IMG/VR virus record: IMGVR_UViG_2657245668_000002
Location: 20,788-84,787 of that record
Strand: one strand, 5' to 3'
Source of the DNA: a virus
Lineage: Duplodnaviria > Caudoviricetes
DNA: 64,000 nucleotides
The position numbers and the translations under genes were made by a program. The notes beneath the pieces are model-generated. The model was given only the letters and a program-made list of their open reading frames with translations. It searched no databases and was not told the DNA's origin. Positions 26,525 to 36,619 of the stretch are shown here, piece by piece (positions within the stretch are counted from its first letter, which is position 1; each line of letters starts with the position of its first letter).

Positions 26525-27631
26525 CTAATCAAGCTTGCCAAGACGAACCATAAGCGCACCTTTCTCATCATAAACCTCTATTCTCTCGTTAGTGATAACC
26601 AGGCCAATACTGCCTGCACCTTGCCTGATGGTAATTCTTCCCGTATTTGAAACACTGAATAGGTCGCCAATTTTCAGATTACCGGCGGCATCAACTGTGA
26701 ACTTACCGTTATTTATCGTGGCGCTATTGAGCGTGGGCGTTGAAATGCTGATCCCCGCTTTAACTTCATCAGCGATAATCGTTTGAGCGTTCAAAATCTT
26801 AATAGTGGCTTCACGAATGGCAGCCTCATCAATGACCACTCGCCCGCCGGAAATAGAAAACGGAATCGCATAGGAACCGGTATCGGTTGGATTATTCGGA
26901 TCAAAGACAAAAAACTGACTGGCCGATATGGCGACCTGAGCAATGGGTTTACCCTCAGCATCCCTGCCAGCGACAATTCCGATACCTGCGGTGATGCCGC
27001 TGGCATCAACTTTGGTGCTCCACATTTTCTGAAATGCCTGGCCGCCATTCTGGTCAAGATCATTGACGCTATTGGTCAGCTCACCGATTAATGGAGAGTC
27101 ATTAATCTCCTTATTAATCAGGTCAATGATTTCATCAATATCAGCAGCGGTTTTGGCCGGTGTTCCCTCACTGGCGTTATATGGCCCCGCCACACCAGCA
27201 GAATTGATAAAGCGGATCCAGTAATACCCTTGCCAACCCGGATCAACCGGGTCGCCATATACCGCCGCCGCCGAGCTGGCCACCATCACCGCATTAGCCA
27301 GGTTATCTTCAGTGCTACGATAGATTTCCGTCAGCGAATGCCCACGGTAATTCGGCATATCCCATTCCAGCAGTACCGCACCGAATCCCCCATTAGCTTT
27401 GAAGTTTCGCGGTTGAGTGGGAAAAGAGGGGGCTGGGCCAGTATTATCATTGGGATGAGGTTTGAGCTGTAATTTACCGCCTGCTCCGGTGCGTAACTTG
27501 GCTAAATCCAGATCGGCCAACTCGGCATAAGTGACGGCACGATTACGACCGTCACCGCGCTGCCCGGTCAACACCTCAATATTTTCAGAGAGTGCCGCAG
27601 CATCACGACCCGCACGGAATCCTTTGGTCAT
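26525..27631 (-). CDS. Tail needle/spike protein (gpJ C-terminal/DUF1983-like)
   Basis: YYWIRFINSAG FN3-like domain, AGIGI..IPFSISGGRVVIDEAAI, MVRLGKL end. Confidence 0.7.
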   Translation of the reverse strand: MTKGFRAGRDAAALSENIEVLTGQRGDGRNRAVTYAELADLDLAKLRTGAGGKLQLKPHPNDNTGPAPSFPTQPRNFKANGGFGAVLLEWDMPNYRGHSLTEIYRSTEDNLANAVMVASSAAAVYGDPVDPGWQGYYWIRFINSAGVAGPYNASEGTPAKTAADIDEIIDLINKEINDSPLIGELTNSVNDLDQNGGQAFQKMWSTKVDASGITAGIGIVAGRDAEGKPIAQVAISASQFFVFDPNNPTDTGSYAIPFSISGGRVVIDEAAIREATIKILNAQTIIADEVKAGISISTPTLNSATINNGKFTVDAAGNLKIGDLFSVSNTGRITIRQGAGSIGLVITNERIEVYDEKGALMVRLGKLD

Positions 27632-29256
27632 GCTGGCATCTCCGCCATTGAGGTACTCAGGGTAATACGGTCAACTTGCGCGTAACCCCAGACCTCAACC
27701 GTCCATTTGCGGCCAGTGATCGGCGGCAACTTCAGAAGCCCATCCATTAAGGAGCCTGGCGGCAGCGACAGCACCGGCGCACCATCAACAATCAAATTGA
27801 CCCCCACGCGAATTACACTCTCACTCATGATGCGCAAGCAGGAAAATGAGGTGCCGGGAGGGGCCAGAAATGGCTTGCTGCGCCATGTGATCGGCAACGG
27901 CGTGGTGCTGACTTGAGAGATGGTTAATTTATCGTCTTTAATGGTATAGAGCGTATCCGACTCCAGATCATTAAAGGCCGTATCAAAAACGGTGGTCAGG
28001 TGACGGATATCCATCGCTTGTGGATCGAAAATAAATCCGGCGCTGGTTCCTTTTTCCGTCTGGTAAATCGCCAGATATTCGCCTTCCACCTGCCATGCTT
28101 TGATACTTTCAGGATTGAAGTTTTTCCGCCATTGCCGTGGCTCGATAATCTGCTCAGTGGCAACTAATGCATTGCCAGCACTATCAACCGATACCAACCC
28201 ATTGGGTGACGCGTAGAGCGCAAAGCTATCCATACTCACCATGCTGCGGCGGCTGACACAGGCTTGCATCACCGGTAACTTGGCGTTGGTTATATTGGAC
28301 GGAGTGATACCACTGAACAGATAAGGCCGCCCTTTGGTTCCCACCACCAGCCCGGCACCAATAGGTGCAATAGCCACAATATCGTGCTCGGTACTTTGCT
28401 TGTAATTTTCCGGCCAGGCATAGGGGAGAAACGCCTCAGAGAACATGACTTGGTTACCAGCAAAACCAGCTGCTATACCGTTTGCCATCAGGCACAAACC
28501 AATCATTTCATCTGGCGGCATCAGGAAGTTTTCGGTTTCCAATACCGGCCCAAGTTCTTTATCAAGCAAAGTGTCCTGATACACAAGCACACCAACGTCC
28601 AACTCGACCAACAGCAGATAATCAGCAACCCCGCCGCCAGAGGCAGAGCGATAAATGCGGCGGCGGGTGATATTTGAATTCTGGCTGCCAGGTGGTTGCA
28701 GGGCGAGGTCTACGCTACTGCCGGGGTACACAATGGTCACTTCCTGCGAAACTGGCCCCGGCGGCCCCTCTTCCCCGTAGCCCGTGACATAGGTTTCAAC
28801 ATAAAAACGGGTATCGTCATCGGTTGGATCATCATCACCATGATCAGCCGGCGGCGTAATCGCAGTCACTTCAATAGGATTAACTGGAGCTGGAATGCCC
28901 AGCCGAAAACTCACCGCTGGGAAGTTACCCTCTCCTTGAGTCGCTATTTCATTGCTGGTGACCTTGGGATATTTGCCATCAGTGAAATACACTCGCTCAT
29001 ATTTATCCTGCGCCACCGGGCTGCGGATCGCGTCAACAATGTCAGTCCAGGCAAACCAATAATCATCGCGGTAACGGAAAATAGTGGTTGGCTTCAACTT
29101 AAATGTTTTCCCACTATCAACATCCGCCATAACCGGAGTAATAACGCCGTGGCGGAAATGGCAGTTTTTAGCAATGGTCGCCGCTTGCTCTGGCAATAGA
29201 TGTGGCACCGCCCGTGGCATTTCGCCACGCATGGTAGTGATATCGATAGCTGACAT
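27628..29256 (-). CDS. Tail nozzle / tubular protein
   Basis: 542-aa beta-propeller-like protein, GEEGPP, LPYAWP motifs. Confidence 0.7.
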   Translation of the reverse strand: MSAIDITTMRGEMPRAVPHLLPEQAATIAKNCHFRHGVITPVMADVDSGKTFKLKPTTIFRYRDDYWFAWTDIVDAIRSPVAQDKYERVYFTDGKYPKVTSNEIATQGEGNFPAVSFRLGIPAPVNPIEVTAITPPADHGDDDPTDDDTRFYVETYVTGYGEEGPPGPVSQEVTIVYPGSSVDLALQPPGSQNSNITRRRIYRSASGGGVADYLLLVELDVGVLVYQDTLLDKELGPVLETENFLMPPDEMIGLCLMANGIAAGFAGNQVMFSEAFLPYAWPENYKQSTEHDIVAIAPIGAGLVVGTKGRPYLFSGITPSNITNAKLPVMQACVSRRSMVSMDSFALYASPNGLVSVDSAGNALVATEQIIEPRQWRKNFNPESIKAWQVEGEYLAIYQTEKGTSAGFIFDPQAMDIRHLTTVFDTAFNDLESDTLYTIKDDKLTISQVSTTPLPITWRSKPFLAPPGTSFSCLRIMSESVIRVGVNLIVDGAPVLSLPPGSLMDGLLKLPPITGRKWTVEVWGYAQVDRITLSTSMAEMPA

Positions 29257-29279
29257 AGGGAGTGATTTCCGACAGGCAT

Positions 29280-29350
29280 AAAAAAAGCCCCACTAAAAAG
29301 TGAGGCTTGGCATCTTTGGGTAATTTAGCGCGTTGTTGATAAGAGAGCAA
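29280..29350 (-). promoter_or_regulatory. Late promoter + leader terminator unit 2 (TTGCTC-N17-TAAATT)
   Basis: -35 at 29350-29345, -10 at 29327-29322, AAAGATGC, AGCCTCACT/AGTGGGGCT hairpin + T tract. Confidence 0.75.
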
Positions 29351-29537
29351 TGGGGTATTTATTTAATTTAAGGCGCATAACGACCAGGCTTCGAGGTAGC
29401 GGATATTTTTCAATATATGTGGGAAATATCTGATGTTGTTATATTTTCAGAATTTTGCTCGCCATAATTGTTTGGAGTAATCATCCAAATCCAATATTCT
29501 TGGACGGGGATTAATGTGGTAATAACAAGGAAAAGTT

Positions 29538-30179
29538 ATGGAGACATCAAGATTTATTAAAGCTATGGCTGAGGGAATCAAATCCATCCCCATGGATTTA
29601 TATTTGGGGGTTGAACGAACTTTTCAAGATTTGAACCTTTCAGATGGCGGACGATATTATCAGCAGCGCAATATGTTTGATGATAAACGTTTTGTCAGTG
29701 CTTTTAGTAATCTCATTCGCGATCGATTTATTATCGCTAAGGTGGCTAATATCATCATTAATGATACTCTTAGCCGTCTACCCGATGAAACCATACAGCA
29801 ATTACACCAAGAGCTTATTTATGGTGCAACGGGTAAGGCCACCCGCATGACGGCTCAAACGCTGATAGCAGGCCACATAAGTGGTAAGGTTGTCAGTGGC
29901 TTAGCTGCTGGGATTACAGTAAAACTTAGTTTAAGATTTGGTACCACCATTATGATTTCCGGTGTAATGTTTCAAGGGGTTATGGCTCGAGCATGTGAAG
30001 CATCTCGAACATTGGCACGAGAGAATCCATCTCTTTTCAATAAGCTAAAACCGGATGACTACGATATGCTGTTCTTCCTGTTTGAGAAGCCATTTGAGCG
30101 TTTTACTCAACTCAGTAAAATGGCAAAAAATAACCCTTTAGCTTTGAGGCGCTTTGCTGATGAAATCAAAAGTTATTAA
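29538..30179 (+). CDS. Moron protein with hydrophobic helices, unknown function
   Basis: Opposite strand to the late operon, own SD AAGGA. Confidence 0.75.
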   Translation: METSRFIKAMAEGIKSIPMDLYLGVERTFQDLNLSDGGRYYQQRNMFDDKRFVSAFSNLIRDRFIIAKVANIIINDTLSRLPDETIQQLHQELIYGATGKATRMTAQTLIAGHISGKVVSGLAAGITVKLSLRFGTTIMISGVMFQGVMARACEASRTLARENPSLFNKLKPDDYDMLFFLFEKPFERFTQLSKMAKNNPLALRRFADEIKSY

Positions 30180-30378
30180 TGGGTTACTACGTTTTACCTT
30201 TGATATGATTGGGACTATAGTCTCATTTGCAGTAGTAGTAGGACTGGTTGTTGCTTATGCCTTCTATGAAGGGATAACTGCCTGGCTAGTCGCTATCGGA
30301 TCCATCATCGGTGGCGCCATACTCTTTTGGTATGTACAAAAATGCAGTGATAAATTCACAGTAACGAAACAGAAATAA
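30154..30378 (+). CDS. Small two-TM membrane protein coupled to the upstream moron gene
   Basis: Overlapping start, two hydrophobic helices. Confidence 0.7.
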   Translation: MLMKSKVINGLLRFTFDMIGTIVSFAVVVGLVVAYAFYEGITAWLVAIGSIIGGAILFWYVQKCSDKFTVTKQK

Positions 30379-30428
30379 AAGATTGGTAATTGCGAATGGT
30401 GATATCTGACATTTTTAGCCAGCTTTAA

Positions 30429-30455
30429 ATAACCGGGCCATTAAGCCCGGTTTTA
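30429..30455. terminator. Bidirectional terminator
   Basis: AACCGGGC-CATTAA-GCCCGGTT flanked by A/T runs. Confidence 0.65.
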
Positions 30456-30459
30456 TATT

Positions 30460-30870
30460 TTATGCTTCTGTTAGAACAGCATCAGGTGACACTGGCCACT
30501 CAATATTCGGCGCAAGAGAAACATCAACGTTTTTCACTACAACACGGTATTGCTTCCACGCTTTCAAATCAGCACGCAGTTTATCCGACACATCTTTTTC
30601 GCTATCCACCAGCTCCTCTATCTCATCAGCAATAGCACCTATCATGTCAGAAGCATGAGATAAAATAGCCGTTTGCTTTTGTGTAGCTTCAATAATCATC
30701 TGTTGCAGAACGCGCGGCGCGGGGCCAGGTAACCATTCGCCATTTTCATTTGCGTAGTAAGTAGGATCGGGTCGTGGGCCAGACATGATGACGTAGCTAT
30801 CTGGCAAAGCAAAAGGTTCGATGTAAGAAATACTCTCGGTAGATTCACCGGGTATCGCGTAAATAACCAT
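30460..30870 (-). CDS. Tail fibre assembly chaperone (Tfa-like)
   Basis: WKQYRV..VDVSLAPNIEWP C-terminus. Confidence 0.85.
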   Translation of the reverse strand: MVIYAIPGESTESISYIEPFALPDSYVIMSGPRPDPTYYANENGEWLPGPAPRVLQQMIIEATQKQTAILSHASDMIGAIADEIEELVDSEKDVSDKLRADLKAWKQYRVVVKNVDVSLAPNIEWPVSPDAVLTEA

Positions 30871-30877
30871 AGTTACC

Positions 30878-33094
30878 TCAATCTATTGTCCATACAGCAA
30901 CTCTGTATGGGAGTGTTGTAGCAACATTGGCATTATTTGAAAATCCATTTAAAGTCAATGGGCTATACGAACCGAGCTGTTGGTTTGCAGAAACCACAAC
31001 AATCTTGTCATCTACATATGAAGCGGCTATCCCATAGGATGATGAACCAGAACCAATATTACTACCGTCTCGCATTTCACCCCATGCACCAACTAGAACT
31101 TCAACACGGCAATCGGTTTTTCTGCCGGGAAATGGGTTAGTAACTTCAACGCGCTGTGACAGGGTTATATTTCCCGGTGATGCCTGAGTTCCTCCTGGGT
31201 AAACATATGCGAATTGTGGTTGCTTTCTAGCCTCTAATGTCGTGACTCGAGTTGTCAGCAATGTTATTTGAGTCGCCAGCTCCAGCGCATTTATCTGACC
31301 TTCATTGAATGCCGTACCAGCAAGTAGAATGACATAGCAACCCGTTGCGTTGAGCATCCGAGTTTCTGCCGCAACACGAGGTGTTCCATTTGTTCCATCG
31401 TCTTTTAAAACTAAGTTTTCGGTGACTGCGGAGGTATTAGCGATAGTGTTCACCCCAACAGTACCACCGGTACCAACATACGCGAAAACACCACTATTAC
31501 GTGTGCCGGATAGTCCAATTGCATGCCCTTGAAAAGCATCCATCTGAATAGTGCCGGTAACCCCATTTGATTTAGCGCCATCGCCACGCCGGACAGGCGC
31601 ACCCACACTACCGGGGGATTTGCCGTTCTCATCGGGCAGCCTAAATGTTGTAGTGCCGTTGCCGCTTGACCACTTCATTCTTTTGAGGGGATCGGCTTGC
31701 CATTCAGCCTCTGTAATTACAAAGCCTTTAGCTTGAGCCGCCGCCCATGCATCTGGGAATAAAGCCCTGCTAAGTTCTTGTCCATCGCGCGGGGCCGTTC
31801 CCTCTGGGATGTGTGTGCGGTTTTCTTCCCACCAACTGAACAGTAGCGGTAAACCGCCAGCTGGCTTTGCGTCTAACTGTTGCTTAGTGACTGCACCTTT
31901 CGGGTCTGTGGCATCACCGGCTAATATAAGGGGGCCGGTTAATGTGCCTCCTTTAATATCCAGCTTCCCGGCCAACCCATCTGTCAGCGCCTGATTGCTG
32001 ACCTTGCCTGCAATAGCCTTATCAAACTCCGTCTGGCTGACTTTCTGATTAATCTGTTGTTCAAGCGCTGATACATCGATGCTTTCTGCTGATGCTTTCG
32101 CCCTGGCGGCGAACTGTTCCGCTTCATCCCGAAACCCCTTGGCGGCAGTTTTATCTCCCGCGGCCGCTGTTGCTGAGTTTCTCGCAGCCTCGGCACCGGC
32201 CAAAGCCGATTCCTCACTCAGTGCAGCGGCGTTCTCGCTGCTTTCGCTTTCACTGGCAGATTGGGCGGCACTGTTCGCACTACCGGCAGCAGCAGAGGCT
32301 AATTGCCTCACTTCAGTATGCAGTCGGTTAACTTCACCGACCTGGGTATCAACCGCTAATTGTGCGGTTTCGGCACCTTCGCGAGCAGCTTCAGCCCGAT
32401 CTGCATCCGTTTTCACTGCCAGCTTAATTTTAGTGGCGGTCTGTTCAGCTGCGAGTGTTGATGCTTCGTCTGCTGCTGACTGGGCCTCATTTCTATACTG
32501 CAAAGTATTGGCTTCAGACAAAGCCGCAGCATTGGCGTTAGCAATAACAACACTCTCACTTTCAAACGCATGAATCGCTGATTTAGCGGCGGCAGCGGCA
32601 CTGACACCCGACTCATCCCGGTAACCTTGTGCGACTGCCAACGCAGTGTCTAAATCCGCTGCATACTGTTTTGCTTCGTCACGATAATGGGCGGCGCTCT
32701 CTGCCGCATCTGTGGCACTGCTTTCTAAAACCTTAATGGTCGCCAGATCATTAGCAACCTGCTGTTGAATCTGTCGGAAGTACAGGATCACATCAGGTGT
32801 TAGCTCTGACTCCATAATCTGCTGCTTCAGCAATTGATTAAGGGTGCTGGGGCCGGTGGTGTTATCCAGCGTAACCGCGCCATAGACAAAACTACGACCA
32901 TTGGCCGCCACCGTAATAGAGTAGCTACCCTCTTCCAACTGGATGCGGTATGCACCTGTGTTGTCTGTTCTTACCGTCACTGAAAAAGTATTTAGGACAG
33001 TCAGACTATTTGCTACCGCAGTCAGGGTGATTTGTGCATTGACCACCGGCTCACCCACCGGATTAATCATAATACCGGATACTGTTACGCTCAC
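30878..33094 (-). CDS. Tail fibre protein (Stf-like)
   Basis: Prophage tail N-terminal domain, long A/S/E coiled coil, collar motif GNGTTTFRLPD..QMDAFQGH. Confidence 0.9.
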   Translation of the reverse strand: MSVTVSGIMINPVGEPVVNAQITLTAVANSLTVLNTFSVTVRTDNTGAYRIQLEEGSYSITVAANGRSFVYGAVTLDNTTGPSTLNQLLKQQIMESELTPDVILYFRQIQQQVANDLATIKVLESSATDAAESAAHYRDEAKQYAADLDTALAVAQGYRDESGVSAAAAAKSAIHAFESESVVIANANAAALSEANTLQYRNEAQSAADEASTLAAEQTATKIKLAVKTDADRAEAAREGAETAQLAVDTQVGEVNRLHTEVRQLASAAAGSANSAAQSASESESSENAAALSEESALAGAEAARNSATAAAGDKTAAKGFRDEAEQFAARAKASAESIDVSALEQQINQKVSQTEFDKAIAGKVSNQALTDGLAGKLDIKGGTLTGPLILAGDATDPKGAVTKQQLDAKPAGGLPLLFSWWEENRTHIPEGTAPRDGQELSRALFPDAWAAAQAKGFVITEAEWQADPLKRMKWSSGNGTTTFRLPDENGKSPGSVGAPVRRGDGAKSNGVTGTIQMDAFQGHAIGLSGTRNSGVFAYVGTGGTVGVNTIANTSAVTENLVLKDDGTNGTPRVAAETRMLNATGCYVILLAGTAFNEGQINALELATQITLLTTRVTTLEARKQPQFAYVYPGGTQASPGNITLSQRVEVTNPFPGRKTDCRVEVLVGAWGEMRDGSNIGSGSSSYGIAASYVDDKIVVVSANQQLGSYSPLTLNGFSNNANVATTLPYRVAVWTID

Positions 33095-33744
33095 TGTCCA
33101 CCTCCCTGATACTGCGCTTCTTTCAATTGCTGGGCGAAACTCTCAGAGTTCTGTTTAACCCCCAACTGGTCGCTGAATGCCTGGTAATGCTGCATCGCTA
33201 AATTGAGATTAGCTCCGGCATCACCATCTTTGCTAAATGAACGAAACAGCATCCAATCCACCAACGGATTCACATAAAGCTCGTCAATCGGTACCGGCGT
33301 TTTATCTGCCAGATCATGGATAGCAACCACAGTTGGAACTCTGGCAACGACCGCCTCGATATCCGTAGGCTGAGTGGCACCGGGAAACAGGTAATACACT
33401 TTGGGAGTTAATTCGTTATAGGTATAACGCTCAATTGAACCCGTCATCTGATGCCAGTCAGGATATTGGCTATCCAGAACATCGCGAGGTACCGGCCTTA
33501 ATGCCCTGCCGTCTACTAAACGAATCATCTCAATTAAACGGATCGCACCCTCCGGCAACCTCTGTCTGGTTCCCACTTCCGTGGTCATCACTTCAGTCGT
33601 AGCGCCCGCATCAGGTCGCGCCAGAATAACGGCCCGGATAGCATCATTGTAATAATCACATAGCTCCGCCAACGGCCAGCGTAGCCATGCAGTATCTTTG
33701 AGCTGGGTGTTAACCCGCCCAATAATCTCGGCAATGGTGATCAT
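33091..33744 (-). CDS. Head-tail adaptor protein (DUF6682-like)
   Basis: RW..EL..Y.ND..RPDA, LFRSFSKD motifs. Confidence 0.7.
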   Translation of the reverse strand: MITIAEIIGRVNTQLKDTAWLRWPLAELCDYYNDAIRAVILARPDAGATTEVMTTEVGTRQRLPEGAIRLIEMIRLVDGRALRPVPRDVLDSQYPDWHQMTGSIERYTYNELTPKVYYLFPGATQPTDIEAVVARVPTVVAIHDLADKTPVPIDELYVNPLVDWMLFRSFSKDGDAGANLNLAMQHYQAFSDQLGVKQNSESFAQQLKEAQYQGGGQ

Positions 33745-34340
33745 TAGAAGAACTCGTGTTTACGAACGGGGTTATTGAAGGCGGTGATCGGGGAGTTATC
33801 CAGTGCCTCACGGAATGCGCGACGGTAACCATCGACAAAGCGCACGCCAAAGTATTGTGAGCGCTGCGGATCAGTCCACGGTTTGCCCGGCATGATAAAT
33901 AAATCTTCCAGCGCACCAATGGCGATCACATCAGCGTAATCATCTGCCAGTACATCCGGCACTTCAGTTACATCACGCTTGGGTTCAATGGCAAAATCCA
34001 CAGTCACTTTGGTCAACGGCTGATTGAAAGTGATTTGATTGGCAGACTTGACGGTAAATTCAATGCCTGCCGTCAACATGACACCCGGTGCACTGGCATT
34101 ACTAAGCTGATTAGTGAGGTCCAATACCCGTAGACGCTTGACGCATTTCACCAGCTCACTGTCCGTCAGGATATAAGTCGTGCCCGGAGTAACATCATTA
34201 AAAGTGACCGCGTCACGGCAGAGTAATGACTCACGACAAAAGGTGATCGCTGCTTCTAATGCGGCCTGTTTCATCATGATATCCAGCGGGCCGCTGATAT
34301 GCTTTCGTATGGTTGGCAGAAATGCGTCAAGTGTCGCCAT
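33744..34340 (-). CDS. Head-tail adaptor protein
   Basis: AAITFCRES, MPGKPWTDP motifs; position. Confidence 0.65.
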   Translation of the reverse strand: MATLDAFLPTIRKHISGPLDIMMKQAALEAAITFCRESLLCRDAVTFNDVTPGTTYILTDSELVKCVKRLRVLDLTNQLSNASAPGVMLTAGIEFTVKSANQITFNQPLTKVTVDFAIEPKRDVTEVPDVLADDYADVIAIGALEDLFIMPGKPWTDPQRSQYFGVRFVDGYRRAFREALDNSPITAFNNPVRKHEFF

Positions 34341-34342
34341 GG

Positions 34343-34795
34343 TTATTCGGCCTCGGTGCTGGCGGCGCTCTTGGCCTGAATGGCTTCACGAACACGCACG
34401 CGGAAATCATCTACCTTTTCCTGAGCACCCTGTTTGATATCCAGATCTTCAGATTCGACTAATGTCGCCAGTTGAACCGAGGTCAGTTTGGCAATATCAA
34501 CCTCATCACCACCGATCTTCAGGACAAAACTATTTTTTGCGGCCTCAAGTTTGGCTTGTTCTATCAATTGCGCCGCTAATTCTGCATGTTCTTGCTCTGA
34601 GGCTTGTTGCAGATTGAGCGTACTTTCCAATTCATCGTGTCGAATAAATACTGTTGGAAAATCCAACAACTGATGGGCAATGGCACTTTCAACATCGACC
34701 GGTTTATGGCGCGGGAAGACCAGGCGACTACCGGTAATGGTGTCACGTTTTTTTTCTTTTGGGCCGATATAGACCACTGCGATTTTATTAGGCAT
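34343..34795 (-). CDS. Phage structural/assembly protein, unknown function
   Basis: VVYIGPK..KRD motif; after the cement gene. Confidence 0.6.
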   Translation of the reverse strand: MPNKIAVVYIGPKEKKRDTITGSRLVFPRHKPVDVESAIAHQLLDFPTVFIRHDELESTLNLQQASEQEHAELAAQLIEQAKLEAAKNSFVLKIGGDEVDIAKLTSVQLATLVESEDLDIKQGAQEKVDDFRVRVREAIQAKSAASTEAE

Positions 34796-34875
34796 GGGAA
34801 ACTCCAGATTGCGGGTAGTAAATAACAGACAGTAAAAAGCCCACCGAAGCGGGCTGAGAGGGGAATAATATGGAA

Positions 34876-35259
34876 TTAGTAACCGACAGCTACGTACAAA
34901 ATGTTAACGACCAGACGGCCATTTGCCGCGCCACCGGCAATCACCGCAGTCACTTTCTCACCTGCTGCTTGCGTGCTGTAAGGGACAATTGGCACATTCT
35001 TTGCGACAGCAGCGGCATGGCTAGCTGCGGCCACTAATGAGGTGGTTCCGCTCTTAACCTCTACGGTTACACCTGCACCAAGCGCTTCACTGACGACACT
35101 CACACCATAAATCCGCATACCAATAGGCAACTCCAAAAACTCAATCACATCACCGGCAGCAGCATCTTTCAAAATAATCTGCCCTTCAGCCAGCGACAGG
35201 TTTCCTTGCGGGCCTTGATATACCGCATCGCCAATAGAAGGCGCTTTAATAATTGTCAT
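34876..35259 (-). CDS. Capsid cement/decoration protein
   Basis: 127-aa beta-rich protein directly after the capsid gene. Confidence 0.7.
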   Translation of the reverse strand: MTIIKAPSIGDAVYQGPQGNLSLAEGQIILKDAAAGDVIEFLELPIGMRIYGVSVVSEALGAGVTVEVKSGTTSLVAAASHAAAVAKNVPIVPYSTQAAGEKVTAVIAGGAANGRLVVNILYVAVGY

Positions 35260-35336
35260 AACATTTTTCTCCAGACAAAAAGAGAGCAGACCGAAGTCTG
35301 TCCCTTAGGGTATTAGCGTATTGAATTACTGAGGGA

Positions 35337-36560
35337 TTACTTGCCCAAAGTGACCGCTGAATCCACTACCATGACGCCGTGGTCATTGACTCGACCATCT
35401 TTCTGTTTGAAACGGATCTTCTTCAAACCGTTAATCCAGCGGATAGAGACTTCAGTACCGTTGCCATGGTCCACTTTCTCTTCGTTGTAACCAAAGAAAC
35501 CGCCGCCATCACCAGTACCGTAAGCGTTAGCCAGTGCCTGGCCGCCCAGCAACATAGCGCGGTCAATGGTGGTACCGGTGGTGATAATCTTGGTGGAAGC
35601 CGCTAAGTCATTATTGGATACCAGTACTTTAGAACCCGCGTTGAAGCGAACGGGTGTACCGCCATATTTCCGCACCAGCACGTTACGCCACATGGCACAT
35701 TCGCCTTTGAATAGCGGGTGATCGAAGCCCTTAGAACGCTGCACTGCTCGGGTCATCATAGCTTGCCAGTCTTTACCGGACGTCGAGGTATACCAGTCAT
35801 TCCACTGGCGCGGTGTCACGTACAGCACAAAGTACGGATCCTCATTAGCCAGCTCATCCTTAGACATACGAATGGGCTGTAACGGGTGAGCCATTTCATC
35901 AAGGAACAATGCAATGTTATCGACCGTAGCCAGCGTGAACAGGTCCGCTGCATCCAATGTTTCCATTGAGGTTGCATCACCAGAATAGAAATGACGGTCA
36001 TAAGTCGGCGGCAACACATCGTTGATCATGATTTTGCCAAATTCACCGTGATCAGCTAGCGGCACAATGGTGTCATCGGCCATGTAATCACCACGCGCAC
36101 CAGCCAGATGGAAGGTTGCTGACTGGTCCTGCACATCATTGAAGTAAGTTCCCAGCAGAGTGCGGGCTGTCTTATTAAGGTTGTGTTTGAAACGCTGCTC
36201 AGACATCTTCCCACCCGCATCAACCAGATGGCGACCTTGGTTAATCTTCAGTGAGAAATCCGCAAAGGCCAGATTTTCACCGCGACCAGCCAATTTCTCA
36301 TCGCCCATAGTTGGACGCTTAGACAGTTTGTGCACGATCTGCATATCTACTTCATCACCCTTCTGCTTTTGCAGGTCAGTGATACGAACAACCGGCGCAT
36401 TGTGGCTGGTTTGAGTGGTACCTTTCTTATCAGGATTGACCGACTTCGGCGCTTCCTGCTGTTCGGTCAGAACATTAACAAACGAGCGGTTACGGTTTGC
36501 GGCCGTAAACAGCGCAACCTGCATTAGCTTATTCGCCTGGGCAGAGGTGATAGTGGTCAT
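35337..36560 (-). CDS. Major capsid protein (N4-gp56/DUF4043 family)
   Basis: MTTITSAQANKL.QVALFTAANRNRS..., recognisably the 933W/phi24B-type capsid. Confidence 0.92.
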   Translation of the reverse strand: MTTITSAQANKLMQVALFTAANRNRSFVNVLTEQQEAPKSVNPDKKGTTQTSHNAPVVRITDLQKQKGDEVDMQIVHKLSKRPTMGDEKLAGRGENLAFADFSLKINQGRHLVDAGGKMSEQRFKHNLNKTARTLLGTYFNDVQDQSATFHLAGARGDYMADDTIVPLADHGEFGKIMINDVLPPTYDRHFYSGDATSMETLDAADLFTLATVDNIALFLDEMAHPLQPIRMSKDELANEDPYFVLYVTPRQWNDWYTSTSGKDWQAMMTRAVQRSKGFDHPLFKGECAMWRNVLVRKYGGTPVRFNAGSKVLVSNNDLAASTKIITTGTTIDRAMLLGGQALANAYGTGDGGGFFGYNEEKVDHGNGTEVSIRWINGLKKIRFKQKDGRVNDHGVMVVDSAVTLGK

Positions 36561-36619
36561 AGATACTCCATAAATAAAAAGCCCGCCGAAGCGGGTTGAG
36601 GTTTAAATCGATTGGGTAA

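Noticed and set aside
30460-33094. Tail fibre inversion system or diversity-generating retroelement
   Set aside because: No invertase, reverse transcriptase, alternative fibre ends or template/variable repeat pair visible.
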